Assembly: GCA_964423595.1 (NCBI GenBank)
Contig: CAYRFI010000006.1
Coordinates: forward strand, 8,458 to 72,457
Direction of reading: 5' to 3'
From: an uncultured Thermoanaerobaculia bacterium
Lineage (GTDB): Bacteria > Acidobacteriota > Thermoanaerobaculia > Thermoanaerobaculales > Sulfomarinibacteraceae
DNA length: 64,000 bases
Shown here: in pieces, positions 45,907 through 54,358 of the stretch
Position numbering within the stretch: the stretch's first letter is position 1
Layout: each line of letters starts with the position of its first letter
Made by a program: the position numbers and the translations under genes
Notes under the pieces: generated by a model
Databases searched by the model: none
Seen by the model: only the letters and a program-made list of their open reading frames with translations
What the model was told of the DNA's origin: nothing

Positions 45907-46851
45907 TTGTCGGATTCGGTAGCGCTGATTTCCCTGGTCTTCGGTAGCTCTCTGGCATCGTCTTTGTTTTTTGTGCTGTCGGCCCGGATCCTCCGACAAG
46001 CTGCCGAGAAACACCCCCCGAACGCGACAGGCATGGTCGCCGTCACCCATCTCAGCGCTGCTCTCTTCCTGCTGCCGTTCCTTCCGGCGGCAGGTATCAG
46101 CTCGCTGTCAGAGGTCCGGACGATGGCCTCCCCGTTCGTCCTCGTTCTCATCCTGCTGACGGCCGTCCTCCATCTTGCCGCGAGGCTCTTCCATTTCAAA
46201 GCCCTCAGCTTGACCGACGTGAGCCTCGTCAGCCCATTCGCCGCACTCACTCCGGTGCTGACGATCGTGACGGGGTGGGTCATTCTCGCGGAGCGTCCAA
46301 ACGCCGTCGAGCTCGTTGGCATACTGATCGTCGTCGTCTCCCTGTTGGGGCTCACCGAGGTCAAAAAGGTGTTCCAGGCGCGATCCGCGTCGAGCGCCCC
46401 TGCTGAAAAGAACAGCACCAACCTCGGCCTGTGGTTCGCGTTCCTCTCGACAGTTCCGCCGGCCTTCAAAATTGCCATCCAGAAAAAAGCCATCCTGCTT
46501 TCGAATCCGTTGACATATGCGTTGATCATGCTCTTTTTGACTGGAACGGGTGCGATGTTGATCTACGTCGCCCGCAGCCGCGGCCGCGACTTCCGAACTC
46601 AATTCCCCCCTCGCAGGCTGCGAACCCTTTTCGTCATCTCGGGTCTGCTGGCCCTGAACACACTCCTGTTCTGTGCGGCTCTGACTCTCGGACTGGCGGC
46701 TGGAATCAGCGCCATGGCCCGCATCAGCATCGTGCTTCAAGGGATCCTGGCATATTGGATCGCAGGACAAAAAACCAATTTTCGCCGCAGAATGTGGTGG
46801 GGTGTCGTGATTTTCTTCGGCTCCGTCGTCATCGGGATCGCCATCCCGTGA
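45907..46851 (+). CDS. EamA/DMT-superfamily transporter
   Basis: Ten hydrophobic segments in two EamA-like halves. TTG 45907 follows AGGAG at 6 nt. TTG 45856 is the longest in-frame alternative. Confidence 0.8.
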   Translation: MSDSVALISLVFGSSLASSLFFVLSARILRQAAEKHPPNATGMVAVTHLSAALFLLPFLPAAGISSLSEVRTMASPFVLVLILLTAVLHLAARLFHFKALSLTDVSLVSPFAALTPVLTIVTGWVILAERPNAVELVGILIVVVSLLGLTEVKKVFQARSASSAPAEKNSTNLGLWFAFLSTVPPAFKIAIQKKAILLSNPLTYALIMLFLTGTGAMLIYVARSRGRDFRTQFPPRRLRTLFVISGLLALNTLLFCAALTLGLAAGISAMARISIVLQGILAYWIAGQKTNFRRRMWWGVVIFFGSVVIGIAIP

Positions 46852-46908
46852 CTCGGTGGACCTTCGAGAAGGCCCGGATTGGGGGCAAACCTTTCCACCG
46901 ATCACGGG

Positions 46909-47910
46909 TCAGTCATGCACTGACTCGTCCGTCTCGAAGCCTGGGAACTCGACCCCGTTCTCGGAACGATTCCCCAGAAAAACCTTCAGGATCCCCTTTT
47001 TGACCATTTCTCGCCGGAACTCGCCCTCAAAATCTACTGGATGTAAATCTGTCGGCTCGAACACTTCATCTTCGTAATACCGGTCCCACCTGCCGTCTGC
47101 ATCCGCCCCAAAGCCGAAAACATCGACCTCGTCACAGACGTGCACCGCGACCATCAGGGCAATGAAACCGGTGGAGGGAAACTGTCCCTGCTCCTCCATC
47201 CAGTCCTCGTAAAGATATTTCACGAACTCCGGATGGATGATGCGCACTCGCCTGGGTTCCCAGCGAAGATCGTCTTCCACGAGAGAGAGTATCCAATCGA
47301 AAAGATCCTCGGTGTGCAGCGTCATGGGATTTATCAGGAGGAAGGCCCGCCGATCAGCCATGCCCCCTCCAAAGTCCGTGGGCCATGTTACGTGGTGGGT
47401 CGTCTTGTCCCCGACATCGGACTGAAAGTCAGCCGTGGGCGCTCGATTCACCCGAAAGACAACGTTGTGTGCATCGATCAGATTTCCGTAACCCGACCCG
47501 AGCAGGTTGCGGGACGCGCCAACAACCGCACAGATCCGCCTCGTGCGGGGACGCAAAAAGACCGGGGAGCGTCCCGAGATCCGTGAGAACATCCGCTGAG
47601 CGGCCGCCCGAGTCAAGCCTTTACGCTCCACGCGGGAAGCCCACCAATCGAACACTTCCGGCGAAACCCAGCCTTCACCGGGCTCCCAGAAGATATCCAC
47701 GCCTTCCCTGAACGATTCTGGGAATACCGTTTCGAGCCTCTGCTGCAAGGGACCCCTTATGGAGGTTTTCAGATCGCGGAATTCCGTCGGATTCGGCTCG
47801 TTCAACTCCTGGACGTCTGCTCGCTGCTGCCCAAGGACGATACATATCAAGACAGCCGCCGACACCAGCCCACTGCGACGGGGACCGTGGGATCTCATCA
47901 CCGGGGTCAT
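46909..47910 (-). CDS. GT29 (eukaryotic-type, ST3Gal-like) sialyltransferase homolog B, type-II membrane anchored
   Basis: N-terminal MTPVMRSHGPRRSGLVSAAVLICIVLG anchor. Sialyl motif L is CAVVGASRNLLGSGYGNLIDAHNVVFRVNRAPTADFQSDVGDKTTHH. Motif S is PSTGFIALMVAVHVCDEVDVFGFGAD. RYYED and HPVDFE correspond to motifs III and VS. GAGGGA lies 6-7 nt before the ATG. Confidence 0.85.
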   Translation of the reverse strand: MTPVMRSHGPRRSGLVSAAVLICIVLGQQRADVQELNEPNPTEFRDLKTSIRGPLQQRLETVFPESFREGVDIFWEPGEGWVSPEVFDWWASRVERKGLTRAAAQRMFSRISGRSPVFLRPRTRRICAVVGASRNLLGSGYGNLIDAHNVVFRVNRAPTADFQSDVGDKTTHHVTWPTDFGGGMADRRAFLLINPMTLHTEDLFDWILSLVEDDLRWEPRRVRIIHPEFVKYLYEDWMEEQGQFPSTGFIALMVAVHVCDEVDVFGFGADADGRWDRYYEDEVFEPTDLHPVDFEGEFRREMVKKGILKVFLGNRSENGVEFPGFETDESVHD

Positions 47911-47932
47911 GTCATTCCCTCGACCACGCGTG

Positions 47933-48955
47933 TCAGTCCCGTGAAGACGCTTCGGCGCCGGAATGAGGGTCCGGGCGAATCCCCCGATAGACCTTGAGGA
48001 TCCCGTTTGCTTCCATCTCCTCGAGGAGCCGGGCCTCGATGCGGGCCGGATGGAACTGCGATACGTCCTCTGGAACGTCTTCGTAGTAGCGGTCCCACCT
48101 GCCGGAGGCGTCCGCGCCGAATCCAAATACGTCGACCTCTTCGCAGACATTCAGTGCGATCATCAGAGTAATGAAGCCGGTTGAGGGATAGGTCATCCAC
48201 CCTTTCGTCCAGTTCTCGTGCAGGTACATCACGAACTCCGGATGGATGATGCGCACGCGCAGGGGATCCCAGTGAATTTCCTCGTCCACGAGGTAGAGGA
48301 TCCGGTCGAAGACATCCTTGGTGTTGGCGGTGATCGGAGTCATCAGGAGGTAAGCCTCCCTGTCGTACTGCCACTCCTCGAGATCCCGCGGCCACATCAC
48401 GTGGTGGGTCGTCTTTTCTCCGACATCGGAATCATAATCATCGGTCGGCGCACGATTGATGCGAAACACGACGTCGTGAGCATCGATCAGTTCTCCGTAA
48501 TGCGATCCGAGCAGGTTGCGGGACGCGCCGACGACCGCGCAGATCTGTCTCTTGTCGGGTGTCGAGAAGACCGACGAGTCATCCGAAATGCACGAAAACA
48601 TCCGCTCAGCGGCCTCCGGTGTCACGCCATCGATGTCGCCCTCTTCTAAGTGGGCAGCCCACCATTCATACACCTCTTGCGAGATCCAGCCGTCATGCGG
48701 ACCCCAGAAGATGTCGACTCCGTTCTTGAAAGAGTTTGGGAAGGTCGTTGCAAGTCTCTGTTGCAAGGGCCCTCTGACGGAGGTTGAGGTGCGGTCGTTT
48801 TCTCCTTTCAGATAATCATGGCTGGCTTCCGGAATCTCGTACTCAGCATCCGGATGTTCCACTACCCGTCGCGACATGAGAAAGACTGAAATCGCGACGA
48901 CCGCTGCCAGAAGCATTACGTACCAGAGATTTCTGGGTCTCATGTTGCTGGCCAT
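47933..48955 (-). CDS. GT29 (eukaryotic-type, ST3Gal-like) sialyltransferase homolog A, type-II membrane anchored
   Basis: Anchor is MASNMRPRNLWYVMLLAAVVAISVFLM. Motif L is CAVVGASRNLLGSHYGELIDAHDVVFRINRAPTDDYDSDVGEKTTHH. Motif S is PSTGFITLMIALNVCEEVDVFGFGAD. RYYED and HPARIE follow. It is colinear with paralog B. Start is 48955 or 48943. Confidence 0.85.
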   Translation of the reverse strand: MASNMRPRNLWYVMLLAAVVAISVFLMSRRVVEHPDAEYEIPEASHDYLKGENDRTSTSVRGPLQQRLATTFPNSFKNGVDIFWGPHDGWISQEVYEWWAAHLEEGDIDGVTPEAAERMFSCISDDSSVFSTPDKRQICAVVGASRNLLGSHYGELIDAHDVVFRINRAPTDDYDSDVGEKTTHHVMWPRDLEEWQYDREAYLLMTPITANTKDVFDRILYLVDEEIHWDPLRVRIIHPEFVMYLHENWTKGWMTYPSTGFITLMIALNVCEEVDVFGFGADASGRWDRYYEDVPEDVSQFHPARIEARLLEEMEANGILKVYRGIRPDPHSGAEASSRD

Positions 48956-49025
48956 TGTACATTGCGCACAGTGTCGTCCCGAATTGGGTCGCCGACGGAG
49001 GCGCCTGCCCGAGCGGCGTTTTGCT

Positions 49026-50012
49026 CTATCCCTCTGGACGGTTTTGATCGGCTCCGCGCTCGAGTTCGTAAGAAACACACTGCCCACAGACCGTCCGGGC
49101 CACCTCCCTGCGGAGATGGTCGGCTCGCAGTTCGCAAAACTTCGGCGAGTGCCAGGCGTCCATGAAGGTCATCTTCTTCAGATCCCCCATGTCGAATCTC
49201 CCGTCGTGGTCGAAGCAGCACGCGCTCAGCCTCCCGTCCCAGGTCACGTGGCCTTCTGTGAACAGCGCCCAGCAAGGGACCGGTGCCCGCATCTTGTCGT
49301 ATCTGCCGCGGTTACCACCGGTGAACACCCATCGAGTACCGTCTCGCTGCTCGATATGGGCCGCCTGGGAGTAGAGTGGGAGCGCATAGACCTCATCGGA
49401 AAAATCTCCGATCTCCTCGACGACTCGGGCCATCTTCTGACGCTGTCGCTCACCCTCGAACATGATGTATGAAGCGTACAGCCCGCAAGGGTACCCTCCC
49501 GCCTCCCGCACCCGCCACGCGTCCTTGATGTTGGAGACGATCTCGAAGTATTTTGCCTCGGGCTTCCTCGTGATGGCGGCGAAATGCTCCGGGTCAGAGT
49601 AGTTGAGCGAGAACTTGAGGCTGTCGAGGCCGGCCTCCATGCAGGCCTCGACCTTTGCCGGAGTCGAAAGCGAGCCGTTGGTGGTCAAGAAGACGTAGGG
49701 AAAACCGAGATCCTTGGCGTACCTGATCGCAGCCGGAAGCCACGGAACCAAAAAGCTCTCGCCGAGATAGAAGAGGCCGAGCTCCTCGACTCCCTCCCGG
49801 AGCAAATCGGCCACAAGCGCGTCGAAGAAGACGCGGTCGATCTGCCCGACCTCTCGCAGATGCTTGGATCTCGCGCAGAATTGACAAGAAAAGTTGCACA
49901 GGGCGGTGAGCTCGATCTTGACGGATTTTGGGCATGGCGGCGTCTCTGAGAGATACTCTTCCTTGATCTCCGTGATGTTGTCGATCCGCTCGGTGATCGA
50001 TTCTCGTGGCAT
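49026..50012 (-). CDS. Radical SAM enzyme with Cys-rich (SPASM/twitch-like) C-terminal domain
   Basis: CNFSCQFC (CxxxCxxC) near the N-terminus, the GGE-like LFYLGESF, and C-terminal cysteines PCWALF...SACCFDHDG...CGQC. Same strand as, and 70 nt upstream of, the GT29 genes. Confidence 0.85.
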   Translation of the reverse strand: MPRESITERIDNITEIKEEYLSETPPCPKSVKIELTALCNFSCQFCARSKHLREVGQIDRVFFDALVADLLREGVEELGLFYLGESFLVPWLPAAIRYAKDLGFPYVFLTTNGSLSTPAKVEACMEAGLDSLKFSLNYSDPEHFAAITRKPEAKYFEIVSNIKDAWRVREAGGYPCGLYASYIMFEGERQRQKMARVVEEIGDFSDEVYALPLYSQAAHIEQRDGTRWVFTGGNRGRYDKMRAPVPCWALFTEGHVTWDGRLSACCFDHDGRFDMGDLKKMTFMDAWHSPKFCELRADHLRREVARTVCGQCVSYELERGADQNRPEG

Positions 50013-50142
50013 CGGAAAGCCCAAACGGTCCGCCCTTCGTTGCTTCTTTTCGACTCCGCGCGCCAGACCCCCCTCCAATTATTTTAACCCCCCCAACGGG
50101 CCATACGGCACGAAGATATTGAATCTACATAGCTTTGACAAA

Positions 50143-50177
50143 GAGATACAAGATGCAAAATCCAAGATCCAATGCTC
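50143..50177. repeat. Heptad-word array (AAGATNC type), left part of a composite element
   Basis: GAGATAC-AAGATGC-AAAATCC-AAGATCC-AATGCTC. This is the same word family as the arms at 44968 and 45804. Confidence 0.55.
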
Positions 50178-50219
50178 TCAACCCAAGGCGTTCAGGGCTG
50201 TCCAGTCCTGATTCTATGA

Positions 50220-50327
50220 GGAGCCACCTTTAGCATTGTTGGCCTCAGCGATGGAATGACTTCGGCGACGGGATTCCAACAATGCAAAAGATGGCACCTG
50301 GCGCTACTCGATGAAGCGCTTTTCTCC
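50220..50327. repeat. P element, diverged copy nested between two heptad arrays
   Basis: GGAGCCACCTTTAGCATTGTTGG ... CCAACAATGCAAAAGATGGCACC, with tail TGGCGCTACTCGATGAAGCGC. Confidence 0.6.
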
Positions 50328-50345
50328 GGAAGCGCTGTGAGAACC

Positions 50346-50400
50346 CGCGGGTGGGCGGATCGAGTATCGAGCATCGAGTATCGGGCGGGTCGTGGGGCGG
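50346..50400. repeat. G-run core + heptad-word array (ATCGAGT type), ending at the dsbD stop
   Basis: GCGGGTGGGCGG, then ATCGAGT-ATCGAGC-ATCGAGT-ATCGGGC-GGGTCGT-GGGGCGG, with additional G-runs at the end. Confidence 0.55.
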
Positions 50401-52173
50401 CTAGGGCACCGCCTGTAAGCGTCCGAGGAACTTCGCCGGTGGCTCGAAACCGGTGATCCGGAAGACCTCCTCACCGCCCGAAAAGACGATCACGGTCGGC
50501 ACGCCCAGCACCCGGTAGGTGGTGGCCAGCTTCTGGTTCTCCCCGCTGCTCCGCGTCAAATCGACCTTGAAGCGTGAGTAGTTCTCGAGCAGGGCGCTCA
50601 CTTCGGGCGCCGGAAAGGTCTTCTCGTCGAGCTCGCGGCACGGTGCGCACCAATCTGCGTAGAAATCGAGAATGACCCGCTCTCCCCCGGTGACAGCGGC
50701 TTTGACCGCGCCAGCATCATATGGCTGCCAGGCCAGGTGTTCGCCCGACTCGCCCACCGTTGTTCCGCGAAGGAAAACCACCGGCGCCATGACCACTCCG
50801 GCCACCAGTGTGGCGGCGCTCAGGACCCGCATCACACGATCGATCGTCGGCTGCTCGTGACCTGTGCGGTCAATGACCAGGAGGTAGAGCGCACCGAAAA
50901 CCAGGACCGCCGACATCAACCAGCGCCCCGAGTCGCCGGGCATCAGCGGCGCCGCGAAGTATGCAGCCATCGCGACCAGGATGACGCCGAAAACCCGTCT
51001 CACCCCGATCATCCACATGCCGGAGGCCGGCAGCTTGTTGACCGTTCCAGTAAAGGTGCCCAGGATCAGGTACGGCAGACCGAGACCCAGAGCGAGGGTG
51101 AAAAAAAGAACAAAACCCAGGAACGCATCCCCTCGCTGGCCGACATAGGTGAGGAGGCCGACCACGAATGGACCGATGCACGGTGCCGCGACAAAGCCCA
51201 TCACCAGGCCCATGATGAGGGCGCCGAAAACGCCACTCCTTCCACCTGACGCGCGTTGTGCCCAGGCCGGTACCCGCAGCTCCCACAGCCCGAACATCGA
51301 GGTCGAGAGCGACAGCAGGACGACCACGATCAGGCCGACAACCCAGGGGCTCTGCAGGGCGCTACCGAAGATCGCGCCGCTGAGTGCGGCGAGAACGCCG
51401 AGCACCGAATATGTGAAGGCGATTCCCATGACATAGGCGAGGGCAAGGGGGAAGGCGCTGCCTTCGCGATCCTTCGTCTGCTGAGTGAAGAAGCCAACCG
51501 TGATCGGGATGAGCGGGAAGACGCACGGTGTCAGATTCAGCGCAAGCCCGGCCAGAAACACCCCGATCAAGAGCAGCGGCAGGGATTTCGAGCCGAGGTC
51601 CGAAGGCCTTGGAGAATCGCCAGACCCGGAAGGCCGCACGGAAAGCTCCTTGAAGAACTCCTCGTCCGTGGGTCTTGACGAGGTGCCGGGGGGCGCCACC
51701 GTCACATCGATGCCGGTCCGAACCTCCTCCGGAGGTAGGCACTGGGTGTTGTTGCAGGCCTGAGCGGTGACTGCCACGCGCAGGCGATGATCGCCGACCG
51801 CGGTCCCGGGAACGACCAGGCCGGCGAGGATGACCGCGCGGCCCTCCCACACCTCGATCGGCGTGTCGGAGAATTCGAACTCGAGGGCCTGACCATCCGG
51901 AAAACTGACCACCGGCACCGGCCAGCCTTCGGGCAGGATGAACTCGACGGTCGTCGGCAGCGAAAACTCGTCACCAGGGTCATCGGTGTTGACGTGCCAC
52001 CCGCGCTTGATGGTCAGGGTAACCGCCAGCCGCACCTCGTCTCCCGCAACCAGTGGGGTCCGATCAGTCAGCAGCCGAACCTTGAACACCGGCTCGGTAT
52101 CCAAGCCCTGTCCGGCGGCCGGGCCGGCAGCAAAGATCGTCAACAACATCAATATCAGGATCGATCTCTTCAT
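50401..52173 (-). CDS. dsbD: Thiol:disulfide interchange protein DsbD-type (N-domain + CcdA-like TM core + thioredoxin domain)
   Basis: MKRSILILMLLTIFAAGPAAG signal. The TM core carries LTPCVFPLIP and AAPCIGPF cysteines. The C-terminal thioredoxin fold has FYADWCAPCRELD. Confidence 0.9.
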   Translation of the reverse strand: MKRSILILMLLTIFAAGPAAGQGLDTEPVFKVRLLTDRTPLVAGDEVRLAVTLTIKRGWHVNTDDPGDEFSLPTTVEFILPEGWPVPVVSFPDGQALEFEFSDTPIEVWEGRAVILAGLVVPGTAVGDHRLRVAVTAQACNNTQCLPPEEVRTGIDVTVAPPGTSSRPTDEEFFKELSVRPSGSGDSPRPSDLGSKSLPLLLIGVFLAGLALNLTPCVFPLIPITVGFFTQQTKDREGSAFPLALAYVMGIAFTYSVLGVLAALSGAIFGSALQSPWVVGLIVVVLLSLSTSMFGLWELRVPAWAQRASGGRSGVFGALIMGLVMGFVAAPCIGPFVVGLLTYVGQRGDAFLGFVLFFTLALGLGLPYLILGTFTGTVNKLPASGMWMIGVRRVFGVILVAMAAYFAAPLMPGDSGRWLMSAVLVFGALYLLVIDRTGHEQPTIDRVMRVLSAATLVAGVVMAPVVFLRGTTVGESGEHLAWQPYDAGAVKAAVTGGERVILDFYADWCAPCRELDEKTFPAPEVSALLENYSRFKVDLTRSSGENQKLATTYRVLGVPTVIVFSGGEEVFRITGFEPPAKFLGRLQAVP

Positions 52174-52199
52174 CGTCTCCCTCGTCTTCGGGACAACCG

Positions 52200-52958
52200 T
52201 CAGTCGCCTGTCAACTCTCGAACCAGATCCGGTGCGAAGCGCCGAACAAGCTCCCGAATCTCGTTCGGGTATCGCTCCCAGCTCCTCTTTACGAGATCGG
52301 GCCGTCTGGTTACCGTGATCTCGACCGATCGTTCCAGCCGCCAGCGCCGGATCGCCTCGTGGTTGCCGGAGAGTAACACCTCGGGCACCGTTACGCCCTC
52401 GACCTCGGGTGGGCGGGTAAAGCACGGGTAATCGAGGAGCCCTTCGCCGAAGCTGTCAGAGCTCACCGATTCCGGGTCCCCGACAACCCCTGGCACCAAC
52501 CGCGAAACCACCTCGATGAGCGCCATCGCAGCGACCTCACCACCACCGAGTATGTAGTTCCCCACGGACACTTCTTCGGCCCCACTGATCTCGAATATGC
52601 GTTCGTCGAAACCCTCGTACCGACCGCACACCAACAAGAGGCTCGGTTCTTGAGCCAGCTCCTGGGCCAACGACTGATCGAGCAACCGCCCTCGTGGGCC
52701 GAGGATGATCGTCCGCGTGCCGCTCTGCCGCGAGACCATGTCGCGGATGGCCGCCAGCACCGCGGGCGCCTGCAGGACCATTCCGGCGCCGCCGCCATAG
52801 GGCTCGTCGTCGATCTGCCGCCACTTGTTGTCGGCCCAGTCGCGGAGATCGTGGGCCTCGACACCAACCACGCCTCGTTCCACGGCCTTTCCGAGCACAC
52901 CGACGGTGCGAAACGGCTCGAAAAGCTGCGGGAAAATCGTCAAAACGTCAAAATGCAT
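52200..52958 (-). CDS. trmD: tRNA (guanine37-N1)-methyltransferase
   Basis: MHFDVLTIFPQLFE, DDEPYGGGAGMVL, CGRYEGFDERI and SVGNYILGGGE. The tracked N-extension to 53030 lies in a repeat element. Confidence 0.95.
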   Translation of the reverse strand: MHFDVLTIFPQLFEPFRTVGVLGKAVERGVVGVEAHDLRDWADNKWRQIDDEPYGGGAGMVLQAPAVLAAIRDMVSRQSGTRTIILGPRGRLLDQSLAQELAQEPSLLLVCGRYEGFDERIFEISGAEEVSVGNYILGGGEVAAMALIEVVSRLVPGVVGDPESVSSDSFGEGLLDYPCFTRPPEVEGVTVPEVLLSGNHEAIRRWRLERSVEITVTRRPDLVKRSWERYPNEIRELVRRFAPDLVRELTGD

Positions 52959-52990
52959 AGGATTATCTACCCGAACGGTCACAACCCGGC

Positions 52991-53226
52991 CAGCGCTCCT
53001 CGCTTCGGCGTGCACGGTGCCACCCTTCACATTGTTTGATGAACCACTCTCACGCCGGAGGCGCTTTCAGGGCAAACAATGTGAAGAGTGGCACCTGTGT
53101 CATCGATGCAGCAACGCGCGCCTCATTGTACGGCAGACAATGCGAAGAGTGGCACCGGTGTCGCCGACTCGGCCAAGCGCTCTTGATGGGCGGGTGACAC
53201 CAGTGTCGTCGAAGCCCCAGCGCGCG
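52991..53226. repeat. P elements, one full unit plus two extra right-end modules, between rimM and trmD
   Basis: Flank CAGCGCTCCTCGCTTCGGCGTGCAC, then the stem GGTGCCACCCTTCACATTGTTTG (53016-53038) / CAAACAATGTGAAGAGTGGCACC (53073-53095). These are followed by CAGACAATGCGAAGAGTGGCACCGGTGTCGCCGA (53134-) and GGTGACACCAGTGTCGTCGAAGCCCCAGCGCGC (53192-53224). Confidence 0.8.
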
Positions 53227-53236
53227 TCTCGAGTCG

Positions 53237-53794
53237 CTACCGCGCGTCGATGGCGTCGTCGTCGAGCAGGCCTGCCGGAGCATCGATAATCACGAAGCCA
53301 CCGTCGAGGTCGACCTCGCGCACGATCTCCGGTACGTAGGGCACCAGCGATTCGCGTTCGCCGCTGCGAACCACGAGGCGAGTCTGACCCTCGCCCGGAT
53401 CGACGCCGGTGACGCGGCCGAGCACCTCACCTGCGGGCGAACGGCATTCGAGTCCCATCAGGTGATGCTCGTAGTAGTAACCCTCAGGGAGGTCCTCGAG
53501 AGCCTGCTCCGGAAGGTAGAGGCATCTGCCTCGCCAACTCTCGACGATCTCTCGCTCACGGATTCCGCGAATCGAGAGCAGCCACCTCCCCTTGTGGTAG
53601 CGCACCCGGTGGGCCTCGAAGAACTCATTCGGGCACGAGTCGTCGCCGACACCAAAGCGGACCCCGTCCGCGAGACGTTCCGGGAAGTCGGTAATGATTT
53701 CCACCAGGAGATCACCGTGCACGCCGTGAGGTTTTCCCGCGCGACCTATGATCAGCCAGTCGCGACCGTCGCCGACGACACCAGGGGTCGGCAC
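53237..53794 (-). CDS. rimM: 16S rRNA processing protein RimM
   Basis: IGRAGKPHGVHGDLLVEIITDFPERL and the PRC-barrel end VPYVPEIVREVDLDGGFVIIDAPAGLL. The GTG start overlaps the KH-protein stop by 1 nt. Confidence 0.9.
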   Translation of the reverse strand: MPTPGVVGDGRDWLIIGRAGKPHGVHGDLLVEIITDFPERLADGVRFGVGDDSCPNEFFEAHRVRYHKGRWLLSIRGIREREIVESWRGRCLYLPEQALEDLPEGYYYEHHLMGLECRSPAGEVLGRVTGVDPGEGQTRLVVRSGERESLVPYVPEIVREVDLDGGFVIIDAPAGLLDDDAIDAR

Positions 53795-54033
53795 TACTCG
53801 AGGATCTCGAGCACGAATCGCTTCTGGACCTTCATACCCGCCGCCGCGAGCAGCGTTCTGATCGCGCGTGCCGTTCGACCCTGGCGGCCGATGACCTTGC
53901 CGAGGTCCTCGGTCTTCACCCGCAGCTCGAGCACCGTCGTCTGCTCGCCTTCGACTTCTTGCACCACGACGTCTTCCGGATTGTCTACAAGTGCCTTCGC
54001 GATCTCTTCCAGCAGGTCTCTCATCGCACTCAT
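53794..54033 (-). CDS. KH-domain RNA-binding protein (UPF0109/YlqC type)
   Basis: [56 protein letters not shown] contains the GxxG KH loop. It sits in the conserved slot between rpsP and rimM. Confidence 0.85.
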   Translation of the reverse strand: MSAMRDLLEEIAKALVDNPEDVVVQEVEGEQTTVLELRVKTEDLGKVIGRQGRTARAIRTLLAAAGMKVQKRFVLEILE

Positions 54034-54091
54034 CGGAGCTCCCTTCGAAGATGGGGAAGAGGACCCGGAGCCCGCGAGCCCCGGGCGCGCT

Positions 54092-54334
54092 TCACTGCTG
54101 TTTCTGAGCCTTACGAATCAAGGATCGCACAGTTTCAGACACCCCGGCACCCTGACCCCGCCATTTTTCGACCTTTTCAAGATCGAGCTTAATCTCCGGC
54201 GGATCCAGATGTGGGTTGTAGAAGCCCACCTGGTCCAGGTACTCAGCCTGAGTGTCCTTGCGCGAGTCCGACACCACAATTCGGTAGACGGGGTTGCGCT
54301 TCGCACCCCCTCGTCGCAATCTGATCATCAACAT
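54092..54334 (-). CDS. rpsP: 30S ribosomal protein S16
   Basis: [41 protein letters not shown] is the canonical S16 sequence. Confidence 0.95.
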   Translation of the reverse strand: MLMIRLRRGGAKRNPVYRIVVSDSRKDTQAEYLDQVGFYNPHLDPPEIKLDLEKVEKWRGQGAGVSETVRSLIRKAQKQQ

Positions 54335-54358
54335 TGACTTTCCTCCCTGGGCAAATAT

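Noticed and set aside
45164-45947. ORFs 45164-45496(-) and 45567-45947(+), which both begin MNDPEVITAR.
   Set aside because: The identical N-termini arise from the two arms of the perfect 29-bp inverted repeat. The downstream translations are low-complexity and unrelated, so these are not genes.
46909-48955. The GT29 genes considered as eukaryotic contamination or a chimeric contig.
   Set aside because: The genes have no introns. Base composition and third-position bias resemble the flanking bacterial genes. The tandem genes have bacterial spacing with an SD, and genome-specific repeats and bacterial housekeeping genes lie on both sides. Chimerism still needs a coverage check.
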